From Schizochytrium sp. TIO01 (lineage: Eukaryota > Protista > Bigyra: Labyrinthulomycetes): a stretch of DNA of 64,000 bases. This document shows, one piece after another, positions 11,101 to 23,653 of this stretch. Every line of letters starts with the position of its first letter. Within the stretch, counting starts at the first letter, position 1. The translations under genes and the position numbers were made by a program. Location of the stretch: contig SMSO01000025.1 of assembly GCA_004764695.1 (NCBI GenBank), forward strand, positions 3,844,001-3,908,000. Direction: 5' to 3'. The notes beneath the pieces were generated by a model. The model was not told the DNA's origin and searched no databases. It saw nothing but the letters and a program-made list of their open reading frames with translations.

Positions 11101-14100
11101 GTTCATTCACGAGCACTGGCGCTGCTGTCTGCGATGGTCTGGTTTGCTTGTTCCACAGCCCGAATGACTGACTGACTGACTGACTGACTGCCTTCGACAT
11201 CTTCATTCAGGTTGATCCCAAGCTCACCTTCGATTCAATTATATTCTCCTCGTCAGGTCACGGAGAACCCGCAAAGCAAAGCCAAAACCTCCTCTGTCCT
11301 CTAGCTAGCTTTCATCTTGCGTGGACCTGCTCAGGCTGCTTGCCTTGTCTTGTTTTGCCTTGTCTTGTCTTGTCTGCGTGCGATTGCAACGCAGGGCCGC
11401 TTTCCCTCGCAAGCGGCCGGCAGGAACGAAGGTAGTATCCATCGCAGCTGCGGTGGCCTCCTCAGCGCACAGTCTCGACCGTGTGCATGCTTTCTCGAGA
11501 GAGCTGAGAAGGTAGCAGTGCTTAGACGTGCGCTACTCAGGTCGAGCTCTCTCTTTCGCCAACTTGAAAACTAAGACGATATCCACGTTATGGTAGCGGC
11601 ACAGTCAGTAGCATGCTCCTACCTACCCACGTAGTAGTCCGCAAGATAGAGAGAGAGCGGCGAAACAGGCCGAGGCGGGCGGCGTTAGCAACCCGCTAGG
11701 AACCCTTAGTGGATATGGCACCTTACTGACTGCTAAGAGTGACTCCGTCAAGTGCGTGCTCCGTAGAAGCGGCTATTGGGCGCCTACCTGCGTAGTAGTG
11801 CTTAGGAGGTTGGTAGCTGTAGGAATAGACAGTCTCGAAAGGAGACAACGAATTGGTTGAACTCCAAAGCTGCGCTGTATGATGGAGAACCCTGAATCGA
11901 TTCAAGGCCGTCGGGCGTTGGCGGCGGCCTTTTAGAAAATTGGACAGGCCGGAGGGTCTGCTCTTGTGGGCTACGGCATGTCAGGTTTTAGGTTGCCACG
12001 CTTCGATGGAGAGGACTTTGGAGGCTCGCTTTGTTGCTGTCCTTGTTGTGTGTCCTTTTTCAAAGCTTTGAGGTGAAAGCTGAAGATAAACAAACTTACT
12101 GCTACGACGTATGTCTTTGGCAGATACATACGCCGATACATACACAGATACATTCACACATACATACATAGATCCTGTTTGCTGAATGCCTGAAGGGCGC
12201 GGTCTCCTTTCGAAAGTTTCCAAGTTGACTTTCCAAAGCCTGGGAAAGCTGGCAAGCGACTTGCGAAAGGCTGTATCAGACAGACAGACAGATAGACAGA
12301 CAAACTTGAGCAGCGGGCAAAGAATCAAGCTAAGAAATGCCTCGATATACCCGTTGCTTGCGAAGAGTTAAGAGTTGATGTGAAAAACAACAGAATCTCT
12401 CTACTATATACAGCATGAGAGGAAGAAGAGGCCTTGGAAAAGCTGCTTTCTTTTCTTCCCTCTTTCTTAAAAAAAATAAAAAAATAAAAATAGTAACTTG
12501 AGTGATTGAAAAAGCAGATAAAAAACAACTGATGATCATGCTAACTTTTAAATGCAAGAAAACTACTTCGCTAGTTAGAATGAGTTGTTACTCTCTTTCC
12601 TGAGCGAGTTATTGAGACTTCTGTAAAGCTCTCCATGACTCTTCCTCTTCTTCGTCGGCGTCTTCTCGCGGTCATTCATTCATTCGTTCATTCATTTATT
12701 CCGTCAGTCAGTCAGTCAGTCAGCAGTTTTCTTAATCATCTCACAGTCGCTCTTCGTCGCAAACTCCTCGTGCTCCAAGTTGCCAAGCAGGGCCGCCGTT
12801 CTTTATTAAATGGAACACTCATAGAACACTCGGCGCGCGAGGAAGGTGATACAGGAAATTGTGAGCTGCTGGTTTCCGTATTGGAGCTGTAAGCAGAGAC
12901 GATGATTTCCCGGGTGCGCAGGAAGTCGAAAAGCAACCTTGAGAGTCAGTAGGAGGTAGGCACTCACATAGCTAGCTAGCTAACTAGCTAGCAATAGTAA
13001 GCAAAGAAAACAGAAGTTAGTTTGTCTTATTTTGAAAATTTTAAGAAATGTAGAAAACATTTTAAAGAACATTTTAAAATAAAATTGAAAAAGCTTTGAA
13101 GGAAAGAAGAGAGTGCTTCGTCGCTCGCGTAGGAGTAGCTTAGAGCTCAGGAGGATGGGAAAGGAAACGCAGAAACACCTTACACGAAGCAACCGTCGAG
13201 AGAGGAGCTTTCTCTTCTTTTCTTTCTTTCTTTTCCATCCATGAATCTGTCTAGCCAGCTATCTACAGGTGGCGGCGTGTTCCTTTCATCAACAGACGAG
13301 CTTAAGCTTGTTCTCTCTGCTGCCTCTCGAAGTGGATTGCGGTCACTTTGATCGAAAGTCAACAGACAACACACAGCTCTTCGTGCTTTCTTTCTCTCGT
13401 TTTGTTTCTCTATCCCTCTCTCTCTTACTGTCGCGTATAGTTTTCAGTACAGTAGAACATGTGCCTTAATCTCTAAAAAGTTGCTGTATTCTTTAACTTT
13501 TCTATCCATTAAGAAAGCATTGCGAAGATGAGTTGAAGAAGAAGAAGATCACATCCATGGAAACGCTGTGAAGAGCGTGGCCGCCCGCCAGACCACGAGA
13601 CGAAGCGGCAGAACAAGGAGGTCCTCAGCCTGCTAGCTAGCTAGCTAGCTAGCCATTCAGCTGGCTGGCCAGCCAGCACGGGAGCCCGAAGTGAGACAGG
13701 AGGAACGAGAGCAGTGCTTTTCTCTCGTTCTTTGGTCTCGATCTCGCTGCTATTCAGACTATAGAAGCACTCACCTCTTCCTCTTCATAATAAAACACAT
13801 CATAATACATACATACATACATATACATATACATACATGCATTATCATTATTTTATTCTTATTCTTATTTTAAAAGAGGCTTTTTAAGTATAAAACTAAT
13901 CAGTAAAGAGTCTGAAGTCTATATTGATAGAAGGGTGAATAAAGTACATAGAGGTCCATAATAACATGGAAAATGAGAAAAACACCGTATTGGTGCACCT
14001 CTTTAGTTAAAAAGAAGAAGAAGAAGACAACTTGAAAAGCAGTCTAAGATTGACTCTACGTGTCACAAAGAGTGCCAACAAATACATACACGCATACATG

Positions 14101-15790
14101 CATGCATACATACATCCACACATGCATGCATACCTGCATACATTAGACGTAGTGAAAAGCAGCAGCGAAGGTTGCAAGAGGAGTTTGAAGAAGCGCGAGT
14201 AAGCAATAGATATCATAATCCAACTAACTAGTTAGCAGCGAAGAAAATACGAAGAAAAGGAGAAGAAAGGAAAAAGAAAAGAAAGCGCTGTAGCATTAGC
14301 TATTCAAGTAGCTAGCTCATTGTTGCCCCTTCTTGAAAGAAAGAAAGTGGCATCCAGATTGATGAATCAGAATCATGAAGAATCATGAAGAATCATGAGT
14401 CATTCATGCTTCGTGATGGAGAGGTCTTCAGCAAAGTCAGTCACCAGGGCCACTCACTCCTCAGACGATTGCCATGGCCACTCACTTGCAGCAGGTCAGG
14501 TCATAGGTAATTGAATTATCTTGGATTGCCGATGCGCAGTGCAAACTTATCCAGAGCCTGAGGATAAGTCAAATCAGTAGTATTGAAGAGAAGTGAAGAG
14601 GTGCTGTGTTCGAGTCTATGATGTGGAGTCTGAGTATCTTGCACGAAAGACGACATGCAAGGACAACACTGCATCATACCACTGATGTGCTTGAGCAACG
14701 CCTATGCTCCAGGCCCGGGAAACAGCCAGCTTTCCACAACGTAGTAGGCACCTACCTACCTGGGCATCAACTTCGAAAAGCCAAAAGCCAAAAGCCAAAG
14801 TCCCCGAGGAGTTTGAGGATAAAAGAACTGACATAGATGTCCTCCTTTGCCTGGCTTTTATTATGAAGATGATGAATGAGGTTTTAGTCATTTCTTTGTT
14901 TTTTCAACTTTGAAAGCTATTTTTCATTTTTCGTCTGTGCAAAAGGAAATGGAAAAGTTTTTAAAGGGTAGGCCTTCTTTTAATTTAAATAATAAAAAAA
15001 TTGGGGGAAAAATGAAAAAGAGAATAATTAGCTTGAGGTAGGGTGTTTCTAATTGATGATCGATCACCCACGCCTCCTATGGTAATGGGTATGTGGTGCT
15101 AGGCAAGTGCCGAAAAGAAAAAGCCATGGACTTCTTCTTCTTCTTTCTGCTTTCCTTCGTAAAATGCAGAATAGTTGTGCTGTGACACATGGGATCAGCA
15201 GCAGAGCTCCGCTAGCTAGACAGCCAGAAGCTTCCGCGAGGTACCCACGAAGAGCAGTGCCCAAGCCGGTCAGTCACTCGGCAGCGAGCCCATACGCTCA
15301 GGTCTCGCTCCCGAACGAGAAGCTAGACCGCCTCTTCCTTCGTGATCTCAAGGTGGTGTAGTATACCTAATAAATGGCTTTTCTTTTACTTTCTTTTCAA
15401 TCGTGCTGCCGTGGAAAAAAGTTTTGAAATGATGGATGTTTGAAAAGGAAAGAAAAGAAAAGAAAAGAAAAGGAAGCGGCACGTATTTTATTCACGCTAC
15501 TATGCATTGAGTAAGTGGGCCTAGTAGACCAGAAAGCACTCGGTGGAGAGAAAGGATTTGTAAGATGAAGTTTTTGTTTTGTTTGTTTAAAAGGGAAAGA
15601 ACTTGAAAGGCCTTGCGCTTAAAAAGACTCGGGTGAAAACTTCGTTCCCTCTCAGAGTCACTGCTTCTCTTTTCGTTCTTCTTTTTCGAGTTGGTGTTTT
15701 TATTTTAGAGCTGATTAAGCCTTCAAAGTAGCAATAAAGAAAGGAATCAACAAACGAACTGAAAGCAAAAGCAGGAGGCTTCCGAAGGAC

Positions 15791-15829
15791 AGAGAAAAGA
15801 GAAAAGAGAAAAGAGAAAGAGAAAAAGGG

Positions 15830-15878
<49 letters not shown>

Positions 15879-15883
15879 AGAAG
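15791..15883 (+). repeat. Purine tract / (GA)n microsatellite
   Basis: Directly visible, just upstream of the ATG at 15932. Confidence 0.9.
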
Positions 15884-15931
15884 ACTCGAGACGAAGCAGA
15901 AAGCAAACTCGATACGCGCGTGGTGCCGCTG

Positions 15932-17023
15932 ATGACCGCCCGAGAATCGATACAGAGCCTTGCCGCGCCGGCGTGGGACGCCCGCGGTCCCTTGGATCAA
16001 CGCAGGCGTGAGCGCGTTACAAGGGCCGCCGGCCTTGAGAGGATGCCCGACGTATTCCCCGCGGAGCAGAACTGCGCCCTCCTCTGTGCGCAGACAAGCA
16101 ATATTAGAATTACTATGGAGGACAACAACAACGACTTTTGCGAAGCCTCGACCACAGCCAAAAATTGTGGCGGGAGCGGAGGAATTAAACGCTCCAAGAG
16201 GTATCATGACCTCACGTCTATGCAACAATGGCCAGTCGGCAACTGTGAGACTACTCAGCAGCAACAGCAGAACCCTAAGGTTCGCCGGGCGAACGAGGAG
16301 GGCAAGCTGTTGCGGGTGCTGTGCACGGAAGGCCATATAGATCAACATAATGAGGAAGAAGAGGAGCAAAAGGTTGAGGTCCCAATGTCTCCTGCATTCA
16401 ATTTCGATGAGTCAGCTTTCTGGTTCAGCATTGACGAGGAAGCGAGCGATGAAGTTGACCTGGACACCGAGGACGAAGAGGTCGTGTCGGATGATGCCAG
16501 CTTTGACGACGAGGAAGGTCTGAATGACAAAGTGGGAAGGCTTGCACTCCAGAGGGTCTCTTCTGTAGACACCGAAGAAAATGACGATTTGCCTGCACAA
16601 CCTCAAGATGAAGTTGCCTCTTCAGCGTCAGTTTCTTCATCAGATGATGAAGACATTTCTGACGACACTGACCGCCACCACCACCACAACAACAACAATA
16701 ACAACAAAGCCAGAAGCTCCTCTTGGGGAAGCGTGTACCCTCTTACCAGGGCCGCGGGCTCTGTTCCATCAGGTGGTATGCTTTTACGTTCCCGTCAGCG
16801 CATGCCCAACGCTCCTGTGCAAGGCCCTGAATTTGAAGAGACGAAGGGCTGTGACCGCCGCCGCGAGGCTTCGACCTCATCATATATCAGCGGCGCTTCT
16901 GTTAATACCAGTGCAAGTACTGCTGCAAGTAGTAGTAGCAAAGGTATCCAGGCACAGCTCTCAAAGAAGAGAGCTGTTCCAGCTGAACAACCACTATTCC
17001 CGCGCCGATCCCCATATATTTAA
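15932..17023 (+). CDS. Acidic, low-complexity, intrinsically disordered protein (~363 aa), function unknown
   Basis: Long ORF from the first ATG at 15932 with D/E tracts and poly-Q/H/N runs. Followed by an AT-rich 3' region and convergent with the next gene. Confidence 0.7.
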   Translation: MTARESIQSLAAPAWDARGPLDQRRRERVTRAAGLERMPDVFPAEQNCALLCAQTSNIRITMEDNNNDFCEASTTAKNCGGSGGIKRSKRYHDLTSMQQWPVGNCETTQQQQQNPKVRRANEEGKLLRVLCTEGHIDQHNEEEEEQKVEVPMSPAFNFDESAFWFSIDEEASDEVDLDTEDEEVVSDDASFDDEEGLNDKVGRLALQRVSSVDTEENDDLPAQPQDEVASSASVSSSDDEDISDDTDRHHHHNNNNNNKARSSSWGSVYPLTRAAGSVPSGGMLLRSRQRMPNAPVQGPEFEETKGCDRRREASTSSYISGASVNTSASTAASSSSKGIQAQLSKKRAVPAEQPLFPRRSPYI

Positions 17024-17285
17024 GCGATTTCCAATCATGTACCTAAGAAGAAGCACCTGTCCTGTCGCGTGCGCTGTGAATCCATGCATACATAAATTAC
17101 ACTTACACACCCATTCAAAAAGACTCTACATACATAACCCCCCACGTAAACTATATTATTATTATTTTCTAGGTATACTCCACTTTCCATAGTGATTTTT
17201 TTTTTTGAAGTATCAACTAAAATGAAGATCCAATGAACCTCTCGATAACTGTAAGCATAAAACACAAAATCTAGCTCTTATATAT

Positions 17286-19553
17286 CTACACGTACACTCC
17301 ATACTGAGCAGCAATCTCGTGAAAGGGTTTTTCTGTTACCTCTTGCATGTAGTTATCTAGCCAATCGGGACTGTGACTTAAGCCTACTCGAGGAGGGGAG
17401 CGTAGTTGCACTTCCAAAGATAGCCCTGGCCCACCTCGAAGCCCTTGATGCTCTGACATTGCTAGCTGATTAACAGACTCCCCCAAATACTCGAGATCCT
17501 GTGCTGCACCAAGATAATCTTGTGTCATCTTACGGACAAGTGGCGACCGTAAGACAAACTTAAGATTCTCAATATTATGTTCTGTATGCAAGTCAGCAGG
17601 ATCAATGTCTCCGCCATCATCATCAAGATCACGGACTTGTTTAGCATCATTGATAAGTTTGTTTCGGGTCACAACTACAATGCTCTCATCATCTCTAGAG
17701 AACGATGAAAGGCGCGAGTGAATCCCGTCCACTTCAGAGGCATCAAAGGACTGTGTCCGTGGTTGCCGTGAGGCAGCTCTTGTGCTTCCGAAAGATGAGG
17801 CCAATCGTCGCCATACGGTATTATTCTCATCTAAAGATTTGGCACGAACGCGGTTCAACGATCTTCTCGAGAACAATGATGAAAATGATGAAGATCGTCG
17901 TCGACTTGCTTGCTTTAATTTCTCCGTACTTTCAGGAGTTGATGGCACGAATGACTTTTGTGTGCTTACATTCATTATATGATGAACATCAGAAGCTTGA
18001 AACTCGATTACTTCTTCCTCACTCGCGTCGCCATCTTCACCCTCTTCGCCCTCCTCCTGATGCTCACCATCACCAACGTTGTCACTAGGTTCGTTCTCTT
18101 GATTTACTGAGTCTACTGCTAAGGAGGTGAGATCATCTACTAATGTATTAAGGTCCTCAGCGATACTCTGGAAAAACGGTTCGAAAGCCCCAGCGTCGAG
18201 CAAACTGTAGAGAGCACGTTCCATTGCTAAAATGCCGTATGGATCAAGATGACCAGAATAGTCTGTCGAGTGATGTTGTGTCACGAGTACTCGCGCAAGC
18301 ACGACACTTTGTGAGGCAACCACAGCCAGTACTCTGGGTTCCAACATACAATCAGAACCACGTTGAAGAGCCGTGAATGTGGGAAGACGAGCACCAGTTT
18401 CTCGATCTACACTCGCATAAATCCTAACCGTGCGCCTGAGTGTTGGGCACAGCACACCATCTTCATACCGGTCAGCTTCGCCCGAATTATAACGTTTTAC
18501 GTGGTTAGGAGATGTAAATAAATCGCCTTCGGCCTGGATGAGTCGATGAACATCATGGAGGTCGGATGCGCTAAGCGACGAGTGAACAACACTTCCACGT
18601 ACGAAAGCGGCTACCCCAACTGACAAGCATAAGTCGGATTCATCTAGAGTATCATTAAACTGTTCAGAACTATGGTCCAAAAGATCCAACGCTTCCTCAA
18701 CCATGATACGGGCGGTACTGAAGCGAGGTGCGAGGTTTGGTCCAAGAAATACAATGTCTGCGTATAAGCGAGACACAATAGCGAAAATGCGATCTGCTAG
18801 AATGTCTTGTTGAGCTAATGGATGAAAAAATGGCACTAGTGGGTCAAAAAGAATGGATTCTACCGTGCGATGAATCTTTGTAGGGTAGTTGACCCAATTC
18901 TGTGGTAGACCCATCCGCAAAAGAAGTAAATCACGCGTATCCTGCACAGCCCCTTTCAACAAGGCCGGGGCGTGTACATCAGCTGCAAGGGCACTACGCA
19001 CTGCCAAAGTAAGTTCATCATCAACAGCACAAAAAGAAACAATCACGTCATCCTTGACTACGACCTGAGCACAATCAGCTCGTCGAACTGTCTGCCAGGC
19101 AGCACTTTCGTCACCGCCACCTCTAAAAGCAACCTGATTCAGAGCGAACAGATCTAACACCTCCTGTGCAGCACTGTGCTTACGGTGTGCTCCTCCCATG
19201 AGCTTCTTTGACCCAGTGAGAATATCATGCGGATGGTCTCCACCCTTCCTTGCTTTAAGACTGATAATTAATAGCCACTCGATTTTTGCATCTTTAGCAC
19301 TTGGACGTACTTTCTTCTTCTCCGCACGTGCAGGCAAATTTCCTACAAGGGCCTTTACCATTGAATGCTGACCGATATTTGATTTCTTGATCGTTGCTGG
19401 TGATGCGCTTGATGCCGACATTTCTGCTGGCGTGAATTCTTTTGGAAAGCTTTTTTGTTGCTTCGGTTGTTCTTCTGCAAGGTAGTCAAAGTCCAACGCT
19501 GCAAGATCCTCTGGCTTAACAACTTGATTGCTGCTTCGAAGTACTGCTGGCAT
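17286..19553 (-). CDS. 755-aa protein, possible Inturned/CCZ1/HPS4 longin-family member
   Basis: Long intact ORF, so the gene itself is well supported. The segment VEEALDLLDHSSEQF..LSVGVAAFVRGSVVHSSLSASDLHDV resembles the INTU longin-2 pattern as I recall it ([31 protein letters not shown]). The family call is tentative. Confidence 0.5.
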   Translation of the reverse strand: MPAVLRSSNQVVKPEDLAALDFDYLAEEQPKQQKSFPKEFTPAEMSASSASPATIKKSNIGQHSMVKALVGNLPARAEKKKVRPSAKDAKIEWLLIISLKARKGGDHPHDILTGSKKLMGGAHRKHSAAQEVLDLFALNQVAFRGGGDESAAWQTVRRADCAQVVVKDDVIVSFCAVDDELTLAVRSALAADVHAPALLKGAVQDTRDLLLLRMGLPQNWVNYPTKIHRTVESILFDPLVPFFHPLAQQDILADRIFAIVSRLYADIVFLGPNLAPRFSTARIMVEEALDLLDHSSEQFNDTLDESDLCLSVGVAAFVRGSVVHSSLSASDLHDVHRLIQAEGDLFTSPNHVKRYNSGEADRYEDGVLCPTLRRTVRIYASVDRETGARLPTFTALQRGSDCMLEPRVLAVVASQSVVLARVLVTQHHSTDYSGHLDPYGILAMERALYSLLDAGAFEPFFQSIAEDLNTLVDDLTSLAVDSVNQENEPSDNVGDGEHQEEGEEGEDGDASEEEVIEFQASDVHHIMNVSTQKSFVPSTPESTEKLKQASRRRSSSFSSLFSRRSLNRVRAKSLDENNTVWRRLASSFGSTRAASRQPRTQSFDASEVDGIHSRLSSFSRDDESIVVVTRNKLINDAKQVRDLDDDGGDIDPADLHTEHNIENLKFVLRSPLVRKMTQDYLGAAQDLEYLGESVNQLAMSEHQGLRGGPGLSLEVQLRSPPRVGLSHSPDWLDNYMQEVTEKPFHEIAAQYGVYV

Positions 19554-19599
19554 GATACAAACAGTATTTGGGAACTCCTTACAAGACCTTGCCTTGGGG

Positions 19600-19738
19600 A
19601 AAAAATATAATGGGACTTGCCTGGTTCTCTAAACCTTCCCTAGACGCCCAAAAGTTGCTGTACCCGTGATATAAAAAAATTAATTGGACTTGCCTGGTCC
19701 TTCAAACCTTGCCTAGACACCCAAAAGTTGCTGTACCT
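19600..19738. repeat. Imperfect ~74-bp tandem duplication
   Basis: ggacttgcctggt...aaacctt.cctagac.cccaaaagttgctgtacc occurs twice. Confidence 0.9.
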
Positions 19739-20550
19739 GTACGGTGGTAATCTGGAGAACGGTTGCTCACTCTACCAGAGGTAGGGGTTTCTCTTTTCGT
19801 CGCGATCCAGAAAGAACTAAGCGCAAATAAACTCTAAATCACCAATTCAACTATGCTTGCAGACAACTTTGTTGCCCTGGACCGAGCTCTGCAAAAGTTA
19901 AAGCCGTTTACTTGGTTGTTTACTGTGTTGCTGCTCTCCGTTTTATTGAATATATCAAATAGAACCGAAACCTTGTATCTATAATACATAGTAACTCAAA
20001 GGTTACATTATAGATAAAATAAAAGTAATAGCAAAGATAGAATAGGCAATTATCTTTCCTTGACGATGATCGCGGCAAACCTTGCTCTCGAAGCGCTTGG
20101 TATTCACTCTCCTGCTCTCGAGGCGCGTTTCGCTTCGTGGTTGCTTGATAGAGGCAATAGACTCTGCTTCGATCGTGCGTGTTTACTTAATCGCCCGTCA
20201 AATCTAGCCTCCTGGCTACTACGACTTGCTGAGCAGCGAGGCTGGGCCGACTGGAGCGGCATTTCTTCAAGAGAAGACGCCCTTGGTTTCTTTTTTTGCC
20301 TTCAGTTTCCATAACATCAATTTCAAACTCGTACGTACTGAAGTCTCTTGAAAGGATCCTAATATTTTTGCCTTCTTCAGACATCTCTCTTTTTATTTGC
20401 GGTTTGGGTTAAGCTTTTTCTACGTTTCGAAGTCAGCTGTGTGCTTAGTTTGGCTCTCGACGGTAACAGCATTGGTTTGTTGTTGCAAGCTACCGCTTCG
20501 TACGTAGAACCATCGCACAGAGTCTATCCATCAGCTAACTACGCATCATC

Positions 20551-22641
20551 ATGATGCAAGAAGATGGCCTCATGAGCCGGTTTGAGCCATGGTACGCCGA
20601 GCTTGATGTGCAGGCACCGACAAAGGAGGATGAACAACGCACGGCTGAGTTGAAGGCATACATTGACAGTGTGGCACCTTTGGAGACCAAAAGCCAACAG
20701 CTTGTGCGTAGGACGTTGCTAGAAAACCTCCGTGATATGTTGAATGCGTGGGTACTGTTAAAGCTCGAGGAAAAACATGTGTTAGTGGAACTTGAGGAGC
20801 ACGAGTTAGCTGGTCGTGTGTTTGTGTCAGGGTCATACCGCCTTGGTGTAAACACCCGAGGCTCTGATATCGATACAATTTGCACAATCCCAATGGCGCT
20901 TACCCGTGATGAATTCTTTTCTGAAGAAGATGGCATGGTGAAGCTATTGAGGTCCCGGCCTGAAGTGACGTATGTCAACCCTGTGACAGGTGCACGCGTA
21001 CCAATCATTGAGGTCGTGTGGAATGGCATTGAACTAGATGTGTTGTGCGCAGTGATTCAACGTGCACGAGTACCACAGCGCGCTGAGGACCTTCTTGACG
21101 ACCAGATTCTTGTTGGTATGGATGAAGTAAGCCAAATTACATTAAACGGTCCTCGTGTGACAGAACTGATTAGCAAACTAGTACCCAAAGCCGAGCCTTA
21201 TAAACTTGTGCTAAGATGTGTACGTCACTGGGCTAAACAACGTGGCGTGTACTCAAACAAAATTGGCTTCTTAGGTGGTGTGAATTGGGCTATCCTGGTG
21301 GCATTTGTATGCCAGGTGTATCCTGCTGCTGCACCGAGTCGTCTATTGACCGAGTTTTTCGAGCTTTACAGAGTTTGGAAGTGGCCAACAGAAATTCGGC
21401 TGTGTCACCCCTATGAAGTGGAAGGTATGAACGAAGATCAATGGGAGTACCGCCCAGGAGAGCTGATGCCAATTATCACCCCAGCATATCCTTGCATGAA
21501 CTCCTCCTATACTGTATCAAAATACACGTTGCGCATCATGACCGAGGAGTTCGTGAGGGGCGCAAAATTGTGCAAAAATGCTAAGCTACCTGCCCCTGAT
21601 GATGAGATTGCTGGTACAGGCAAAATCTGGGCGCCTGTTTTCAAGCGAACCGAGTTTTTTGTGCGCTTTGGTACCTATTTCGTGATCAAGGCGACAGCAC
21701 CTACCAGCGATCAGCTAAATCGCTGGAGTGGCTGGATTGAAGCCCGTACTCGAAAGTTATTGGAGGAGCTTGACCGCCATGCGATGGAGCACGTATATCC
21801 ATTCCCGAAGAAATTCTCTCATGCAGAGGTAGAAGTCCCCTATGATTCTTCGCACCGGGTCGCTAAGGCTTCATCTGATGAAAAAGATGAAAGCAACGGA
21901 GAAGGGGACAGCGTCAAGAAAACAATAGACGCAGATGGTGATCCTGCAGCTGACAATAGTGATGAAGATGTCGAGCACGCTTCATACTGGTACGTTGGAC
22001 TCAAACCACACCCAATTAACACTGTACGAAACGGTACAAAAGTTGACCTCTCTATGGCTGCTGCATCTTGGATGAAGACTATTAAAATGTGGGATGGGTT
22101 TGAGCGAGGTATGGATATTACAACAATGCTTTGTAAATGGAAGCAGCTTCCGGATGATCCCGAGCTTTTCCCTGAGGATGGCGGCAAAGCTGCATACAGA
22201 GATGAGCACAAGCAAATTATGGCTCGAGTGAAAAATGAGAACGCCTGGCTGCGCCATGCGGTGCTAGCTGGCACGGATAACATGACTGAAAACGCTGCCG
22301 AGGTGACAAGGCCTGGCACAGAGGGCTCTGCTATAAATGCTGGGGACTCATTTGATCTTGAAAATGATCACAATGGCGGTGCGGCTATAAAACAAGAAAG
22401 ACTACTGAAATCAGAAAATGGTATTCTTGTAAAGGACGAAGATGATCAAGGCAGAGAAGACGAAGAGCGTCGTGCAAACGTGAAGCGGATGCAGGATGCT
22501 TTGGGGAAGCGAGTGCGTGAAGATCAAGAAGCAAGTGCTGCAAAGGAGGCCATGAAACGCGCCAAGTATATTTCTGGTAACAACTTCCTCGACCTCCCTC
22601 CAATTGATGGAATCAACACGCGATCTAGACTTACTTTATAA
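20551..22641 (+). CDS. PAP1: Canonical nuclear poly(A) polymerase
   Basis: GSYRLGV..GSDIDTIC and GIELDVL give the catalytic Asp triad. Also WAKQRGVYSNKIGFLGGVNWAILVA and MPIITPAYPCMNSSYTVS, plus a C-terminal RNA-binding domain. Confidence 0.97.
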   Translation: MMQEDGLMSRFEPWYAELDVQAPTKEDEQRTAELKAYIDSVAPLETKSQQLVRRTLLENLRDMLNAWVLLKLEEKHVLVELEEHELAGRVFVSGSYRLGVNTRGSDIDTICTIPMALTRDEFFSEEDGMVKLLRSRPEVTYVNPVTGARVPIIEVVWNGIELDVLCAVIQRARVPQRAEDLLDDQILVGMDEVSQITLNGPRVTELISKLVPKAEPYKLVLRCVRHWAKQRGVYSNKIGFLGGVNWAILVAFVCQVYPAAAPSRLLTEFFELYRVWKWPTEIRLCHPYEVEGMNEDQWEYRPGELMPIITPAYPCMNSSYTVSKYTLRIMTEEFVRGAKLCKNAKLPAPDDEIAGTGKIWAPVFKRTEFFVRFGTYFVIKATAPTSDQLNRWSGWIEARTRKLLEELDRHAMEHVYPFPKKFSHAEVEVPYDSSHRVAKASSDEKDESNGEGDSVKKTIDADGDPAADNSDEDVEHASYWYVGLKPHPINTVRNGTKVDLSMAAASWMKTIKMWDGFERGMDITTMLCKWKQLPDDPELFPEDGGKAAYRDEHKQIMARVKNENAWLRHAVLAGTDNMTENAAEVTRPGTEGSAINAGDSFDLENDHNGGAAIKQERLLKSENGILVKDEDDQGREDEERRANVKRMQDALGKRVREDQEASAAKEAMKRAKYISGNNFLDLPPIDGINTRSRLTL

Positions 22642-23653
22642 TTATATTTCAGCATACTGAAAATAACAATAGCATGTTCCCGTCATTGTTCATCATGTAT
22701 ATATTTTATATATGTTCATATATAAACGTTGTGTAATCTGTCCTAATTGTCTCATAAATCCATCATACCAAGGTATAGTTTTAAAGGACCTGTCAGAGGT
22801 TACCAAATCTCTCTACCTGTAGTGTTTTGTTCCTGAGTACTCCACAGATCTTGTCTTGGTCATTAATAATCTCGTACTTACGTATTCATTGAACAAGTTC
22901 TTCATCAGAAATTATGACTTATATCTGAATAGCCATGAATCCATTCAATTGTTCATTTATTTTCCCAAAAGAACCGGTGTGCTGGCATAGATTTACGTAT
23001 CCCACCTAAAGTTGAGGATTAAAACAAGATCTTCTCTAGAAATTCAAATCTCAAGATTTGTCTCAAAATATTTCAAACCTTGTATTAATTTGAATGTTTA
23101 TTCGAAACTTATGCAAAAAACAACATTCATAATTTAAAACATACAAGCTGAAAGTAATTTTGTTCTTGTTTTGTTTTCTGCTTTTATTAATCTGAGACCT
23201 TAAAACTAAAAACTAATCAACTAAAGAGTAAAAATTTAAAAATTTAAAGTAAAAAATCAGGTGGGTACGTTCTAATTTGGCTGAGGTGTGTACCGCAACA
23301 GTTCCGGTAGTAGATGTAGCAAAGACGCATCCGACAAAGACCAATTTAACCCTTCATCGCATCCACCCGCAACGCTCAGATATAATGATACAGTTGATGT
23401 GATAGAACTAGCATTGAAGGGTGTGTGTTTTTATGTGAGCAAATAGGAACTCATCGATAACAAATCAAGGTACAAAAGTTTAGGATATTGGAAGCCTTTT
23501 TGAAGCGACAGATACGCAAGGTTCTCAAACCAGAACCTTTACAGCCTTGTTTTCAGGTGCCTAGTAGATTGCGACTCGAAGGCATTGAGACAAGGAAAGC
23601 ACAATCTAAAGCAGCCTCGTTGCGAACAAAAGCGAGTTAGATTGGTAAAAACG

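Noticed and set aside
15587-16369. 260-aa minus-strand ORF
   Set aside because: It is antisense to the 15932 gene and runs through the (GA)n repeat.
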